64,000 nt of DNA from Chiloscyllium plagiosum (Eukaryota): positions 16,042,515 through 16,106,514 of the forward strand of contig NC_057719.1 in the NCBI RefSeq assembly GCF_004010195.1, in the 5' to 3' direction. Under the pieces are notes generated by a model. That model searched no databases and was not told where the DNA came from. It saw only the letters and a program-made list of their open reading frames with translations. A program made the translations under genes and the position numbers. This document shows, in pieces, positions 24,916 through 36,348 of the stretch (position 1 is the first letter of the stretch; every line of letters starts with the position of its first letter).

Positions 24916-25294
24916 CAGTGGAAGTGGGCCTTCAGCAGTAACAGTGGTGGAGGTCCTGGGGAGGGGCCCAAGGCGAGTCTCAGGCAGCGGTGGTGGAGGC
25001 AGGCCTCAGCATTGGAGGCAGGCCTCAGGGAGTCCTAGGCAGGCCCTTGATTGCAGCGGTGGGGGCAGACCTGTTGGGGAGGGTCCCCCAGGCAGCCCCA
25101 AAATTTAATCCCAGGCAGCAGCAGTGGAGGTGGGCCTCTAACAACAGCGGCAGTGGTGGAGGTCCTAGGAGGGGCCCCAAGGCAAGTCCCAAGCAGCAAC
25201 AGCTGAGGCAGGTCTGGGTGGGGTCCCAGAGACCAGCAGTGAGCAATAACCTGCTCACTGACACTCAGTTTGGGTTCTCCCAGTGTCACACAGC

Positions 25295-25785
25295 AAAAAA
25301 TCCCATGCAAGAACTGCACAAAACACTATATAGGACAAACAGGAAGACAGCTAACGATCCGCATCCATGAACATCAACTAGCCACGAAACGCCACGACCA
25401 GCTATCCTTAGTAGCCACACACGCATACGACAAGCAACATGAATTCGACTGGGACAACACTACCATTATAGGGCAAGCCAAACAAAGAATAGCCAGGGAA
25501 TTCCTAGAAGCATGGCACTCATCCACAAACTCCATCAACAAACACATCGACCTGGACCCAATATACCGGCCACTACAGCGGACAGCTGAAACTGACAACC
25601 GGAAACGGCAGGGACAGGCCACTATAAACACCGGAGGAAACACCACAGAAGCGCTTCACAGGAGGCTCCCAAGCACGAGGATGTCACCTAGACAGGGGAC
25701 GAAACGTTTGTAACAAAAATTCCAGCTCGGCGAACAGAACCACAACAACGAGCAGCCGAGCTACAAATCTTCACCCAAACTTTGA
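25295..25785 (+). mobile_element. Penelope-like element 3' fragment (GIY-YIG endonuclease plus pLTR)
   Basis: KIPCKNCTKHYIGQTGRQLTIRIHEH...HEFDWDN...REFLEAWHS. Hammerhead remnant GCAC-GAGGA-T-GTCACCT-AGAC-AGGGGAC-GAAACGTT at 25673-25708 (core T deleted). Confidence 0.9.
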
Positions 25786-25924
25786 TCATCAGTAGATTCT
25801 TAATTGTTCTTAAAATGGAACTCAAATTCCTCCATCTGCCATGGGTGACTTGAAGCTATGCCTCCAGCACATTCGCTGAGTTTCTTCGCTCCCCTAACCA
25901 CGATGTTCTAGTGCAGCTGTAACA

Positions 25925-27340
25925 CTGCACCTACCCGACAATGTGAAAAATTGCCCAGATATATCCTGCATACAAAAAGCAGGACACATCCAACCCGGCC
26001 AATTACCAGCTTACTCTCGCTCATCAGTATAGTGATGGAAGATGTCATCAACAGTGCTATCAAGCAGCACATGCTCAGCAATAACCTGCTCACTGACACT
26101 CAGTTTGGGTTCTCCCAGTGTCACACAGCTCCTGACCTCATGATAGACTTGGTTCTACCAAGAACAGAATTCCAGAGGTGAGGTGAGAGTGACAGCCCTT
26201 GACATCAAGACCAGATTTGAGCAAGTGTGGCATCAACAAACCCTACCAAAACTGGAATCAATGGGCATCGGGGGCAAACTCTTTGCAGGTTGGAGCCAAT
26301 AACTGGCACATAGGAAAGTGGTTGTGCTGTTAGAGTCCAGTTATCTTAGCGCCAGGATATCTTTGTGTGAGTTCCTCAGAATAATGTTCCAGACCCAACC
26401 ATCTGCAGCTGCTTCTTCAATGACCTTCCCTCCATCATAAGGTCAGAAGTGACAATGTTCACTGATTACACAATATTCAGCACCATTCACAACTCATCAG
26501 AAACTGAAGCAGTCCATGATCAAATGCAACAAGATCTGGACAATATTCAGGCTTGGACTGACAATTGGCAAGTAACATTCACATCACACAAATGCTAAGC
26601 AATGACCATCTCCAATAAGAGACAGTCTAACCATTGCCCTTTGACATTCACTGGTGTTAACATCACTGAATTCCCCACTATCATTATCCTGGGGATTGCC
26701 ATTGACTAGAAGCTCAACTGGACTTGTCATATAATATAATGGCTACAAAGGAAAGTCAGAGGATAGGAATAATGCAACAGGTAACTCACCACCTGATTTC
26801 CCAACGCCTGTCCTTCATCAACAAGGCAACGCTCAGGAGTGTGATGGAATGCCCCCCATTTGCCTGGATGGGTGCAGCTCTGACAACACTCAAGGAGCTT
26901 GGCACCATCCAGAACAAAGCAGCTGCTTGATTGGCCCCACATCCACAAACATCCATTCCCTCCACCACTATTGCTCAGTAGCAGCAGTGTGTACTACCTA
27001 CAAGATGCACTGCAGAAATTCTCCAAAGATTCTGAGACAAGACCTTCCAAGCCCACAACCACTTCCATCCAGACTATCAAGGGCAACAGATATCTGGGAA
27101 CACTAGCACCTTCAAGTTCCCCTTTAAGCCACTCACCATTCTGATCTGGAAAAATATTTGCAGATTCACTGTTGCTGGGTTGAAATCCTGGAATTCTTTC
27201 CCTGAGGGCATTGTGGGTCAACCTACAGCACACGGATTGCAGTTGTTAAAGAAGGCAGCTCATTATCACCTTCTCAAAGACAAGAAGAGAGGGGCAATAA
27301 ATGTTGGCCCAGTCAGCAATGTGAATGTACAAAAAAAAAG
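25925..27340 (+). mobile_element. Older CR1-group LINE 3' half, decayed
   Basis: RT remnants KKQDTSNPANY, SNNLLTDTQFGF, ALDIK..FEQVWH, FNDL; tail GGCAATAAATG...A-run. Confidence 0.85.
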
Positions 27341-28874
27341 ATGTGTTCTCTGAATTTTGCTTCTGTGTGAGTCCAATATTTCACAAGCCAGAAGCAGTAC
27401 AGTTGTAATGTTACCACATGGCTACATTACCTGATAAAGGAGTAAATGGGAAGGAAAAAGGAGCACCTGAAAACTAAAACATAGCCCACAAAAATCAAAA
27501 GGTGGTCTCCAGATAATTTTAAGAAGAGCCTGAAAAATAAATTCTGACCTCTGAAGACATTGTTGTTTATGGATCTGCATGTGCACAAACAATATTTCAT
27601 TGGTTGTGAGGTGCTTTAACACATTCTGAGTTCATGAAAGGTGCTATGTAAATGAATCTCCTTTTCTTGCATTAAAAGTACTGTACCTATTATTTTAGTA
27701 CTGTGCAAGAGCTTCACTCTCCCATTTAAACCATGCTATAAGAAATATCCTCATTTTAAATTGTAACAATGCTCATTATGCCCATTATATATAAGTAAAC
27801 AGCCACCAAGTAATAAATTATGGTCAATACACAAAAACAGTTCTGAAAAGTATCAGTTGTCCTGATTCTGCTATCTCCACCTGACCCTTTTATTCAATGA
27901 TTTCAATGTGGAGTCGCATAAAGTCACCATGACAGAGTTACAGCCCTGTCTCTGATTTACAGCCCTGTTTCTCAAGGCTCCATACTAAGAGCATAGGGCT
28001 GCTGAGTTTTCTCTTCTGTTTCCTGTCTCTCAGGAAATGTATCCTGAACTTAGATAGCAAATTCTGGACCAAGGAGAAATGAGTCAGGAAAATATAGGAC
28101 CTTGCAAAGGCCATATCTAGCTCACTTCTGACACACGTTTTTCATGGCAATATTGGCAAAAGGATGGCAAGAACAGGTGACAATTCCTAGTGGTGCTAGG
28201 TAAAAGTTCAAAATCCAAACTATGTGGAAATCCACGTAACATTTATTTTGCAGCAAGTGATGAATGGACTGCTTTACACTTGGTTCGTAACCAACTATTC
28301 ATCAGACAAAAGCACAGCATTATAATTGCCAAATACCTTTCCTCAACACAAAGTTAAACACAGCAATGAAAGTAAACAAAAGACTTTGTGCATCCAGGTA
28401 CTGCAGAGTGTGGTCGTAAACTACGCAAACAAGGAAATCTCATTGTACTTCCAAGCCGATATCACAGTTTCAGTTCAGATCGTGTCTAAGTTAGTGTTAG
28501 CCACTCTGGCTCCACTGTTATCTGTTTCAAATGATAGATATGCAGTACAACCTAAGTTGTTTCTTTATGGATGGCATTTACTTGTCCTTCCGTCGATTTA
28601 AGAGGTTGGCCATCTTGTGCTATCACAAAATTCCTGTTTTGCAAAGGGAGGATTTTAGGAAGGTCTGTGATATTTCACAAAGCAACCTTTGAATGGAGTG
28701 TTCACTTTCAGTCACCGAGTATCCTATTGTCCACAAATCAACTCTGAACAGCTATGAGAACTGAAATTGTTAAATAATAAAACCACTCAAGAAGAGAAGC
28801 TAATCCATTTGTTATATAGACAGGCAGGAGGCTGGAAGAACACAGCAAGCCAGGCAGCATCAGAAGGTGGAGAG

Positions 28875-28907
28875 GTCGACGTTTCGGGTGTAACCCTTCT
28901 TCAGGAC
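28875..28907 (-). ncRNA. Intact minimal type-I hammerhead ribozyme motif in a PLE-derived repeat (28818-28910)
   Basis: GTC-CTGAAGA-A-GGGT-TAC-ACCC-GAAACGTC-GAC: helix I GTC/GAC, helix II GGGT/ACCC, palindromic ACGT, GUC triplet. Confidence 0.8.
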
Positions 28908-29137
28908 TGGGCCTAGTGTTTTTGTCTCAATCCATATGTTACAGCACTGTCATAGAAAACAGAGTTAATTCGCAGGTTTCTGATATAGACACATTCAAAA
29001 TACTCTTAATTGGACAGCTACATAATTTATTAATGAACAGATTTGTATTTGAAATTATTCAGAATCTGTCAACAAGGCAGTTATATTATTTGACTAATTT
29101 AAAACATTCTTAATGATTAATGTAGTTCAGTAAAACT

Positions 29138-29272
29138 GTTGAAAAGTGTGACACTGGAAAAACACAGCAGGTTAGGCAACATCTAAGAAGCAGGAGAGTT
29201 GACCTTCACATTCCTTTCCAGCACTACACTTTTCAACTCTGATCTCCAGCATCTGCAGTCCACAATTTCTCT
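29138..29272. mobile_element. Inverted pair of PLE pLTR ends
   Basis: GTTGAAAAGTGT...CTGGAAA on the left is the reverse complement of TTTCCAG...ACACTTTTCAAC on the right; family tail GATCTCCAGCATCTGCAG. Confidence 0.65.
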
Positions 29273-29330
29273 CAGTAAAACTGTGCCAATTTAAAGGAGT
29301 TCATTAACTTAAAGTAATATTGTAATACAT

Positions 29331-29551
29331 CACTGGTCGTTCTGCCATAATGTGCATTTCGTTAATCTGAATTTGCTATAATGTGATTGACGAATTGGGG
29401 ACATTGTTTCTAAAGCGCAAACCTTTAAAGTGTGTATTGGTTATAATGCGATTCCAGCCCCAATAGTTTAAGTGATGCTGCTATTAAACAATTTTCTTGT
29501 AACATTTGACCGCAAGAGAATGGACCTATCGTGTTTTAGCAGAACTGACTG
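29331..29551. mobile_element. Tigger/pogo-like MITE (decayed)
   Basis: Imperfect TIRs GTTCTGCCATAA and TTTTAGCAGAACTGACTG, followed by TA. Confidence 0.55.
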
Positions 29552-30153
29552 TACATTTCCGCATTTACTTCCACCCCAGGGCACTGCCTATGACTTTGGG
29601 CTGTTTCAAATAATTATATTCACTGCACAATCCTGGTCTGCTGCACTGAATCCCTTCTATGACCATACACACATATATTTTTAGCTACTGCCCCAGTCCT
29701 GAAATCACCCAGAGGAAAGAAAAACATGGAAAAAAAAGGGTAATACTTGAAAATGACCAGACTGGCCACACTGGATCACCATTTTGAAGTATGCAAGATG
29801 GGTTTGGCCAGTATATATCATTCACCAGTTTTACTGGTTTCACCTACTGGCATCCTTTCATCTTTCTTTATTCTCTTGGCCCATCTTGGGTTCCTCTTAT
29901 TACATTTAGTTTCTCCAATCATAGGCTCTTTGCTCTCTCAGTCTCTATACTATCAATATTCCTTGATCACCTACACTTCTGCCATTCTCTTGGACTTGAA
30001 TCCCTATGGAAGATGAAGTAACATGTTTACCTACTTTGAAGGATCCATCACATGCAGCAGAGTTCATGACATTTGCATAAATTGGGAAGAAATTGTTTTA
30101 TTTTGAGCAATGAATATCCATAAAAATAGAAAGGCTTTCATGATTCTTTATAA

Positions 30154-30457
30154 GGGACAGCACAGTGGCTCAGTGGTTAACACTGCTGCCTCACAGCACC
30201 AGGGAACCCAGGTTTGATTCCAGCCTCGGGCAACTGTCTGTGTGGAGTTTGCACATTCTCCCTGTGTCTGCGTGGGTTTCCTCCGGGTGCTCTGGTTTCC
30301 TCATACATTCCAAAGATGTGCAGGTCAGGTGAATTGACCATGCTAAATTACCCATAGTGTTAGGTGCATTAGTCAGAGGGAAATGGGTCTGGGTGGGTTA
30401 CTCTTCGGAGGGTCGGTGTGGACTTGTTGGGCCAAAAGGCCTGCTTCCACACTGTAG
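30154..30457 (+). mobile_element. HE1-type SINE followed by (TG)n
   Basis: A box GTGGCTCAGTGG, B box GGTTTGATTCC, core and tail. Confidence 0.92.
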
Positions 30458-30589
30458 TGTGTGTGTGTGTATACGTGTGTGTGTGAAACAGAAAGAGAGT
30501 GGGTGTGTGTGTATGTGTTGTGTGGGGAGGGGATAATTTATTCAACACTCAGAGACCTTTATCTGATCATTGACGCACATGGAAGACAG

Positions 30590-31312
30590 TACCGTTCAGC
30601 ACTGATGCACTCTGAATTAGCGTGACTCACTACTTGAACCCTGAACGCTGATTTACAATATTGTGGGCAAAATGCCTCTTTAGAAAGTTCTAATCTGGGT
30701 TGATACCCCAGTGTAGTCCTGAGCAGGGGTGTGCAGTCAGAGGCGAATTGTTAAGAAAAAAGGTCGCATCTATCTGGCATGGTAGCTCAGTGGTTAGCAC
30801 TGCTGTCTCACAGCACCAGGGTATTGCATTTGATTCTACCGTTGGGCGACAGTACATTCTCCCCATGTCTGTGTGGGTTTCCTCTGGGTGCTCAGGTTTC
30901 CTCCCACAATCCAAAGACATGCAGGGTACGTGAACTGGTCATGCTAAATTGTCATAATGTTCAGGTTAGGTGCATTAGTCACGGGTAAGTATAGGATAAT
31001 AGGATAGGGGAATGGATCTTCAGAAGATTGGTGTGGATTTGTTGAGCTGAAGGGCCTGTTTCCACACTGTAGGGATTCTATGATTCTATCCTCTCAAGTG
31101 GAGGGAGAAGATACCATAGCACAATTTTAAAGAATAGTAAGGGAGTTAACCCTGGAGTCCTGACCAATCAACATTGCAAAAGCAGGTCACTTGGCAACTA
31201 TCATATTGCTGTTTGTGGGAGCTTATTGTGCCCTGTTTCATTGGCTGAGTAAAAAAAATTTCATTGACCGTAATGAGCCTTGCTGAGGTTCATACAAATG
31301 TGACTTTCTTTC
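30590..31312 (+). mobile_element. Deu-type SINE interrupted by an HE1 SINE (30776-31088)
   Basis: CCCAGTGTAGTCCTGAGCAGG...GCAGTCAGAGG before the HE1 copy, and ATATTGCTGTTTGTGGGAGCTT after it. Confidence 0.6.
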
Positions 31313-31401
31313 TTTATGTATTCTATTTATTCATTAACAACTTCACTGAGGGGTGGCACTACAAACAATCCATCTCTACCTTAATGATATTGTTGCATTA
31401 C

Positions 31402-31533
31402 CTTGTAAGATTGACACCCAAATCTTCCCATCGCAGATATAAAGGTCTTTCTTGAAAACATCAAACCAGAGACGGCTGGCTTCAGTCTCAGTGCAGGGTG
31501 GGTGGCTTCCAATTGTCACCTTCATGTCTGTTT
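31402..31533 (-). CDS. Probable internal coding exon (phase 1-1) of an unidentified gene
   Basis: Acceptor tcctcttgtgttgaaatcag, donor G|gtaatg, 132 bp open: TDMKVTIGSHPPCTETEASRLWFDVFKKDLYICDGKIWVSILQ. Confidence 0.55.
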
Positions 31534-31621
31534 CTGATTTCAACACAAGAGGAGATCAACAACGTTCGTATTTACCAGAGACGAGTCATTGAGTTAGACA
31601 CTGTGTGGCTTCACTATGGCT

Positions 31622-31968
31622 AGGAGAAAGTGAGGTCTGCAGATGCTGGAGATCAGAGCTGAAAATTTCATTTCCCCTCCTCCCACCTTGTCTCAGTCAA
31701 ATCCATCGAACTCAGCACCGCCTTCCTAACCTGCAATCTTCTTCCCGACCTCTCCGCCCCCACCCCAGTCTGGCCTATCACCCTCACCTTGACCTCTTTC
31801 CACCTATCACATTTCCGACGCCCCTCCCCCAAGTCCCTCCTCCCTACCTTTTATCTTAGCCTGCTGGACAAACTTTCCTCATTCCTGAAGAAGGGTTTAT
31901 GCCCGAAACGTCGATTCTCCTGTTCCCTGGATGCTGCCTGACCTGCTGCGCTTTTCCAGCAACACATT
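31622..31968 (+). mobile_element. PLE (Neptune-type) 3' UTR/pLTR with inverted terminal piece
   Basis: C-rich UTR homologous to 33578-33836; 31622-31667 is the antisense of the family 3' terminus. Confidence 0.8.
31881..31916 (+). ncRNA. Minimal type-I hammerhead ribozyme motif
   Basis: ATTC-CTGAAGA-A-GGGT-TTAT-GCCC-GAAACGTC-GATT. Confidence 0.75.
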
Positions 31969-33437
31969 CCAATCCAGTGAGGGAAGTTGGAAGATTTAAG
32001 CTGCTATCTTTTTGACGAGAGCCTACTAAGTGAAGGCCTGTCTGTCCTCTAATGTAGACATAGAAGAGCCAATGGCACTATTTTTAATAAGAGTTATAGA
32101 TACATAGAAAACACAGTAAGATTTCATGCACAGAAGGTAGTCGTCTGGCACATTATGTCCATACCAGTCGATGAATACCTCGTCACACTAATCCCACTCT
32201 CCAAATTTTGATTCCTAAACCCATTGACTGTTCCACCGCATGTTTTAATGTGATTATGGTTTTTGCCTGTATTACCCTTTGAACTCGTGGGTTCCAGAAC
32301 CTCACCACTGATGAGAAAGTTGTTCCAGGTGTCATAGTCAATATTTTTTCAATAATTAGTACAGCATTTCTTTTTGTGGGAGCTTGCTACATGTAAATTG
32401 CCTGCTATGTGTCAACACTGACTGTACTTCCAAAGTACTTTATTGGCTGTAAAGCATTTTGGATCTTTCTGTGGCCATAACAGTTACTATATAAATGCAA
32501 TTTAATTTTAATAACTCAATAGTTACTCATAGAAATCTAATGTTATATCACTGGGATGCTTTTTTGCCATTATTATGGCAATAATGTTTTTTTCAAATTT
32601 AAAAAAAAGTTATGATATTTCAGCTACTTTAATCCCATGTGTATCACTGATGATTTGTATTTACTCTGTGGAAATTTTAATTGAGTAGAAGATTTTACTG
32701 CATTTTACTTTCTGATTTGCTGTTTGAGAATACTTCAGTGTAATTGGCTGCCAACTCCCTGCGGTGATATCACTGTTACTGTATGCCTAGTGTTTGTCTT
32801 GATCTTGCACATATCAAGAAAGGGAAACTTCATGCCTCAGAGATCACTAGATAGCAGAAAATCCCTTTAATACTTCAAAGTACTCTTTTGGTATGATCCT
32901 AGATATTGAATATTGTTAGATATTATTACTGGAGCGAATCATAGATTTACATTTAAATAGTTCCCATTTCTGTCTTTGTTCACTCCTTTCCTCAGCAATA
33001 TTTTGTGTTTGATTTTGTCTACTTTCTGTGGTTTTATTTACCCTAATGAAGAAGAGCATATCTTCTCAACATCACAACTATTGATCTCACCCTGCTTGGC
33101 TGTTGTATGGAACCCCCTACGTGTTAACCCCTTAAAGCCAAATACATAACAATATTGTCAAATTTGATGGAATTTTAATGCATTTACTTTAGGGGAAATT
33201 TGGCATGTTAATATGCTGCAGTTTTTCTTATCTGCGATGTTTTGTGTTATGTTGCTGAAAATATTACTGATGAAATACTTAGCAGTTGTAGTAAAATCAT
33301 GCGTATACTTAGGATGAAGAAGATTATGAGTACCACATATGCTTGGTCCAGTTCTTGTTGGATTCATTTGGATATCAAAGTTGAAACTTTATTGCTGGAA
33401 CAGCACAGCAGGTCAGGCAGCATCCAGGGAACAGGAG

Positions 33438-33473
33438 ATTCGACGTTTCGGGCACAGGCCCTTCTTCAGGAAT
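33438..33473 (-). ncRNA. Intact minimal type-I hammerhead ribozyme motif
   Basis: ATTC-CTGAAGA-A-GGGC-CTGT-GCCC-GAAACGTC-GAAT on the minus strand. Confidence 0.82.
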
Positions 33474-33740
33474 GAGCAGAGAGTGTTCAGCAGGAGAAGA
33501 TAAAAGGTAGGGAGGAGGGACTTGGAGGAGGGGAGTTGGAAGTGGAGGAGATGCGGTGGAGGGCACCGTCGACCACGTCGCCTTCCTGACCTGCAGTCTT
33601 CTTGTTGACCTCTCCGCCTCCATCCTACTCCGACCTATCACCCTCACCTTGACCTCTTTCCACCTATCACATTTCCAACTCCCCTCCTCCAAGTCCCTCC
33701 TCCCTACCTTTTATCTTCTCCTGCTGAACACTCTCTGCTC

Positions 33741-33776
33741 ATTCCTGAAGAAGGGCCTGTGCCCGAAACGTCGAAT
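33741..33776 (+). ncRNA. Intact minimal type-I hammerhead ribozyme motif
   Basis: ATTC-CTGAAGA-A-GGGC-CTGT-GCCC-GAAACGTC-GAAT: helix I ATTC/GAAT, helix II GGGC/GCCC. Confidence 0.82.
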
Positions 33777-34148
33777 CTCCTGTTCCCTGGATGCTGCCTG
33801 ACCTGCTGTGCTGTTCCAGCAATAAAGTTTCAACTTAATAAATACAGCAAAGAATATTGTTTGAAAGGTTATCAGTGTTAAATAAAATGTGGGGTTCGGA
33901 GCAAGAATAGTATACGGTTGGGAATAGGATATCAGGCAGATTAGATGACATTGGAAATGACCCCAGAACTAGTGCCTTGTAGAAGATCAATACTGACTAT
34001 TGCTGAGGGAGTAAATGTAGTCTCTAAGTAGCTTCCGTTGGTGGGAGGCAGGAAAAGAAAAGGATTTTTGAAGTTATCGCCAAATCCTCTAAGAATTTGA
34101 AAGCTTCCCTCCTGCAGCAATCCTATAGGTACACATTTGTGTGCACTA

Positions 34149-34312
34149 AGGGTTGGAGGATTTGAGCTATAGGCTGAACTGGCTGGGGCTGTTTTCCCTG
34201 GAGCGTCGGAGGCTGAGGGGTGACCTTATAGAGGTTTACAAAATTATGAGGGGCATGGATAGGATAAATAGGCAAAGACTTTTCCCTGGGGTCAGGGAGT
34301 CCAGAACTAGTG
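34149..34312 (+). mobile_element. CR1 internal fragment
   Basis: LGLFSLERRRLRGDLIEVYKIMRG. Confidence 0.88.
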
Positions 34313-35895
34313 GGTATACCACCACTACTGAATCCATGGAATGGGGCGACCCAGCCCATACATACCACCTAGAGCTTTCATTAAGCAAGGAGAGGGCACA
34401 TATGTTCTGGAGGTCCCTTATGCCAACCAGAGGCACTATTTAATCCAGCTATTCAAATCCAGCTATTACCGTCATCTCCCTCACTAGGGCCTGAAAGTTG
34501 GGTTTTACAAATACACATTCTTACCTTCAGAGCAGCCTCCATAACGTCGTCTTCTTCAGAGTCAGCGATAGCCATCTTTGAAACCTGACATGGTTGGCAT
34601 TATACATCTGCCAGCCAATAGGATTAGCGGCAACCTTCTTAGGCAAGCTTTCCTCCCCAGATGGGAGCAGAATTCTTGCCCTGAATTAATTAGTACTCTG
34701 GCATGTTAGTCTGGCAGTTCATTGCTCAACATGGCTTGATTAAACTCCGTGGCTTAGTTTGTTTAAAGCAACAAAACACATTGTCTGGATTTTCCAAACA
34801 ATGGCAAACTCTCACAGATTGCAACTCCACTCTTTATTAAACCCCATTAACCAGCTCTGCATTTCTGACAGGAGATTCTGATCCTGGCTATTTGAAAATG
34901 CAGAGCCAAGCTTCCATTTTGACAGTTCTCTCAGAGTGCAGGAGAAGGTAAACCGTGCCCCATAATCTGAAGTAGGATAGGTGACTGCTGCCCTCTCACA
35001 GACAGCCACTTTGACAACTTCTGTCTAAGTACACAAGGTGAGTATGAGGTTGGCATGATGGGAGTAAGGTAAACTGCCTGGTGCATGGGAGGGGTAGGGT
35101 ACCATGTGGGTAGAATGCCAAGTGGGTAGGGGTAAGCATGCAGGAGATAGGGTGCCAGGCCACAAAGTAACCAAGAGTGTGCTGCTGTTTCATTGTTTGT
35201 GGGAGATAAAGGGTCTGGTGAGGAGGAGGCAGGTGGTGGGGCATGTCATGTCCTGGGGAGCTATGGGTGACTGTAGCATTTGGAGCATGGGATATTTAAT
35301 CCTGGGAAGGATGTCAAATCCTGTGCAGAGTAGGGGAAATGGTTGAAGATATTTCCTAAATAGCCGATGTCATTACACATCCCTTTGAAGCATGTGGGAC
35401 TTAAACTCTGGCCTCCTGACTCAGAGGCAAGGATGCTACAACTGCAACACAAAAGTCCTGAAGGGTATGTGGTTGGAGGACTAGCTTGAGGTTAGATATT
35501 GCACCAAGTTTTGGAACAGTCTTTTGAACCTCAAACACTTGCAAAGGAGAATGATAGAATTGGTGGCTAGGAATCAATTTTTGTGGTGGGGATCACAGCC
35601 CAGTTTTCCCAATATTTTATTGGAAGGCATTTCTATCCACCCAGTACTGGATGCTAAGAAAGCAGCCTGATAATTGAGAGATGCTGGAGGAGCTGAGAAT
35701 GGCAACTATGAGATCAAGTTGTGCAAATGTGACAACTGATGCTGTATTTTTGGATGATAGCATCCAAGGAGCAGCATTTAAGAACTGGAGGAGGAGTGAT
35801 GGATAGATCCAGCTCCATGCCATCTTTTTTGTTCTTCTTATTCAACCTTGATGAAGTGCTCAGTTGTAGTGATGGCTTTGGCAGTGGCGACAAAT

Positions 35896-36348
35896 GGCCC
35901 CAGCAGCCCAAACTTGGGTAGACCCAGCACCTGGACTTGAGTAAGCTCAGCAGCTTGGACTCGAGTAAGCTCAGCAGCCTGGACTCGAGTAGGCTCAGCA
36001 GCCTGGACTCGAGTAGGCTCAGCAGCCCGGATTCGCATAGGCTCAGCAGTCTGGACTTGAGTGGGCCCAGCAGCATGAACCTCAGTAGGCCCAGTAGCGC
36101 GGGCTTAAGTGGGCCCAGCAGGACAGACTCAGCATGGCCCAGCAACCTGGACTCAAGTAGGCTCAGCAGCCTAGACTTGAGTAGGCCCAACAGTATGAAC
36201 TCGACTGGGCCCAAAAGCTTGGACTTGAGTAGGCCCAGCAGCGCAAACTCGAGTGGGTTCAGGAGAATGGACTTGAGTAGGTCCAGCAATGCAGACTCAA
36301 GTGGGCTCAGCAGCCTGGACCTGAGTAATCCCAGCAGCACAGACTCAT
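35896..36348. repeat. 24-bp minisatellite, roughly 19 diverged units
   Basis: Consensus CTGGACTCGAGTAGGCTCAGCAGC. Confidence 0.92.

Larger units (their letters stand above)
33378..33836. mobile_element. PLE-derived element with perfect 164-bp inverted arms
   Basis: 33378-33541 is the reverse complement of 33673-33836. Confidence 0.92.

Noticed and set aside
28400..28525. Faint EAR-repeat-like peptide on the minus strand (also near 15130-15200)
   Set aside because: Contains stops; the similarity is too weak to support by eye.
30154..30230. tRNA genes at A/B-box motifs (also 1560-1637, 38730-38802, 41430-41640)
   Set aside because: SINE heads continuous with a SINE body or recurring as dispersed repeats; no full cloverleaf evident.
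34525..34584. Minus-strand mini-exon MAIADSEEDDVMEAALK|gtaag
   Set aside because: Lies in sequence resembling a dispersed repeat (compare 50010-50050), and its phase does not join the 31533 exon.
35714..36340. 208-aa leucine-rich ORF resembling an LRR protein
   Set aside because: It is the translation of a 24-bp minisatellite; the 8-aa period and an open opposite strand are expected from that alone.
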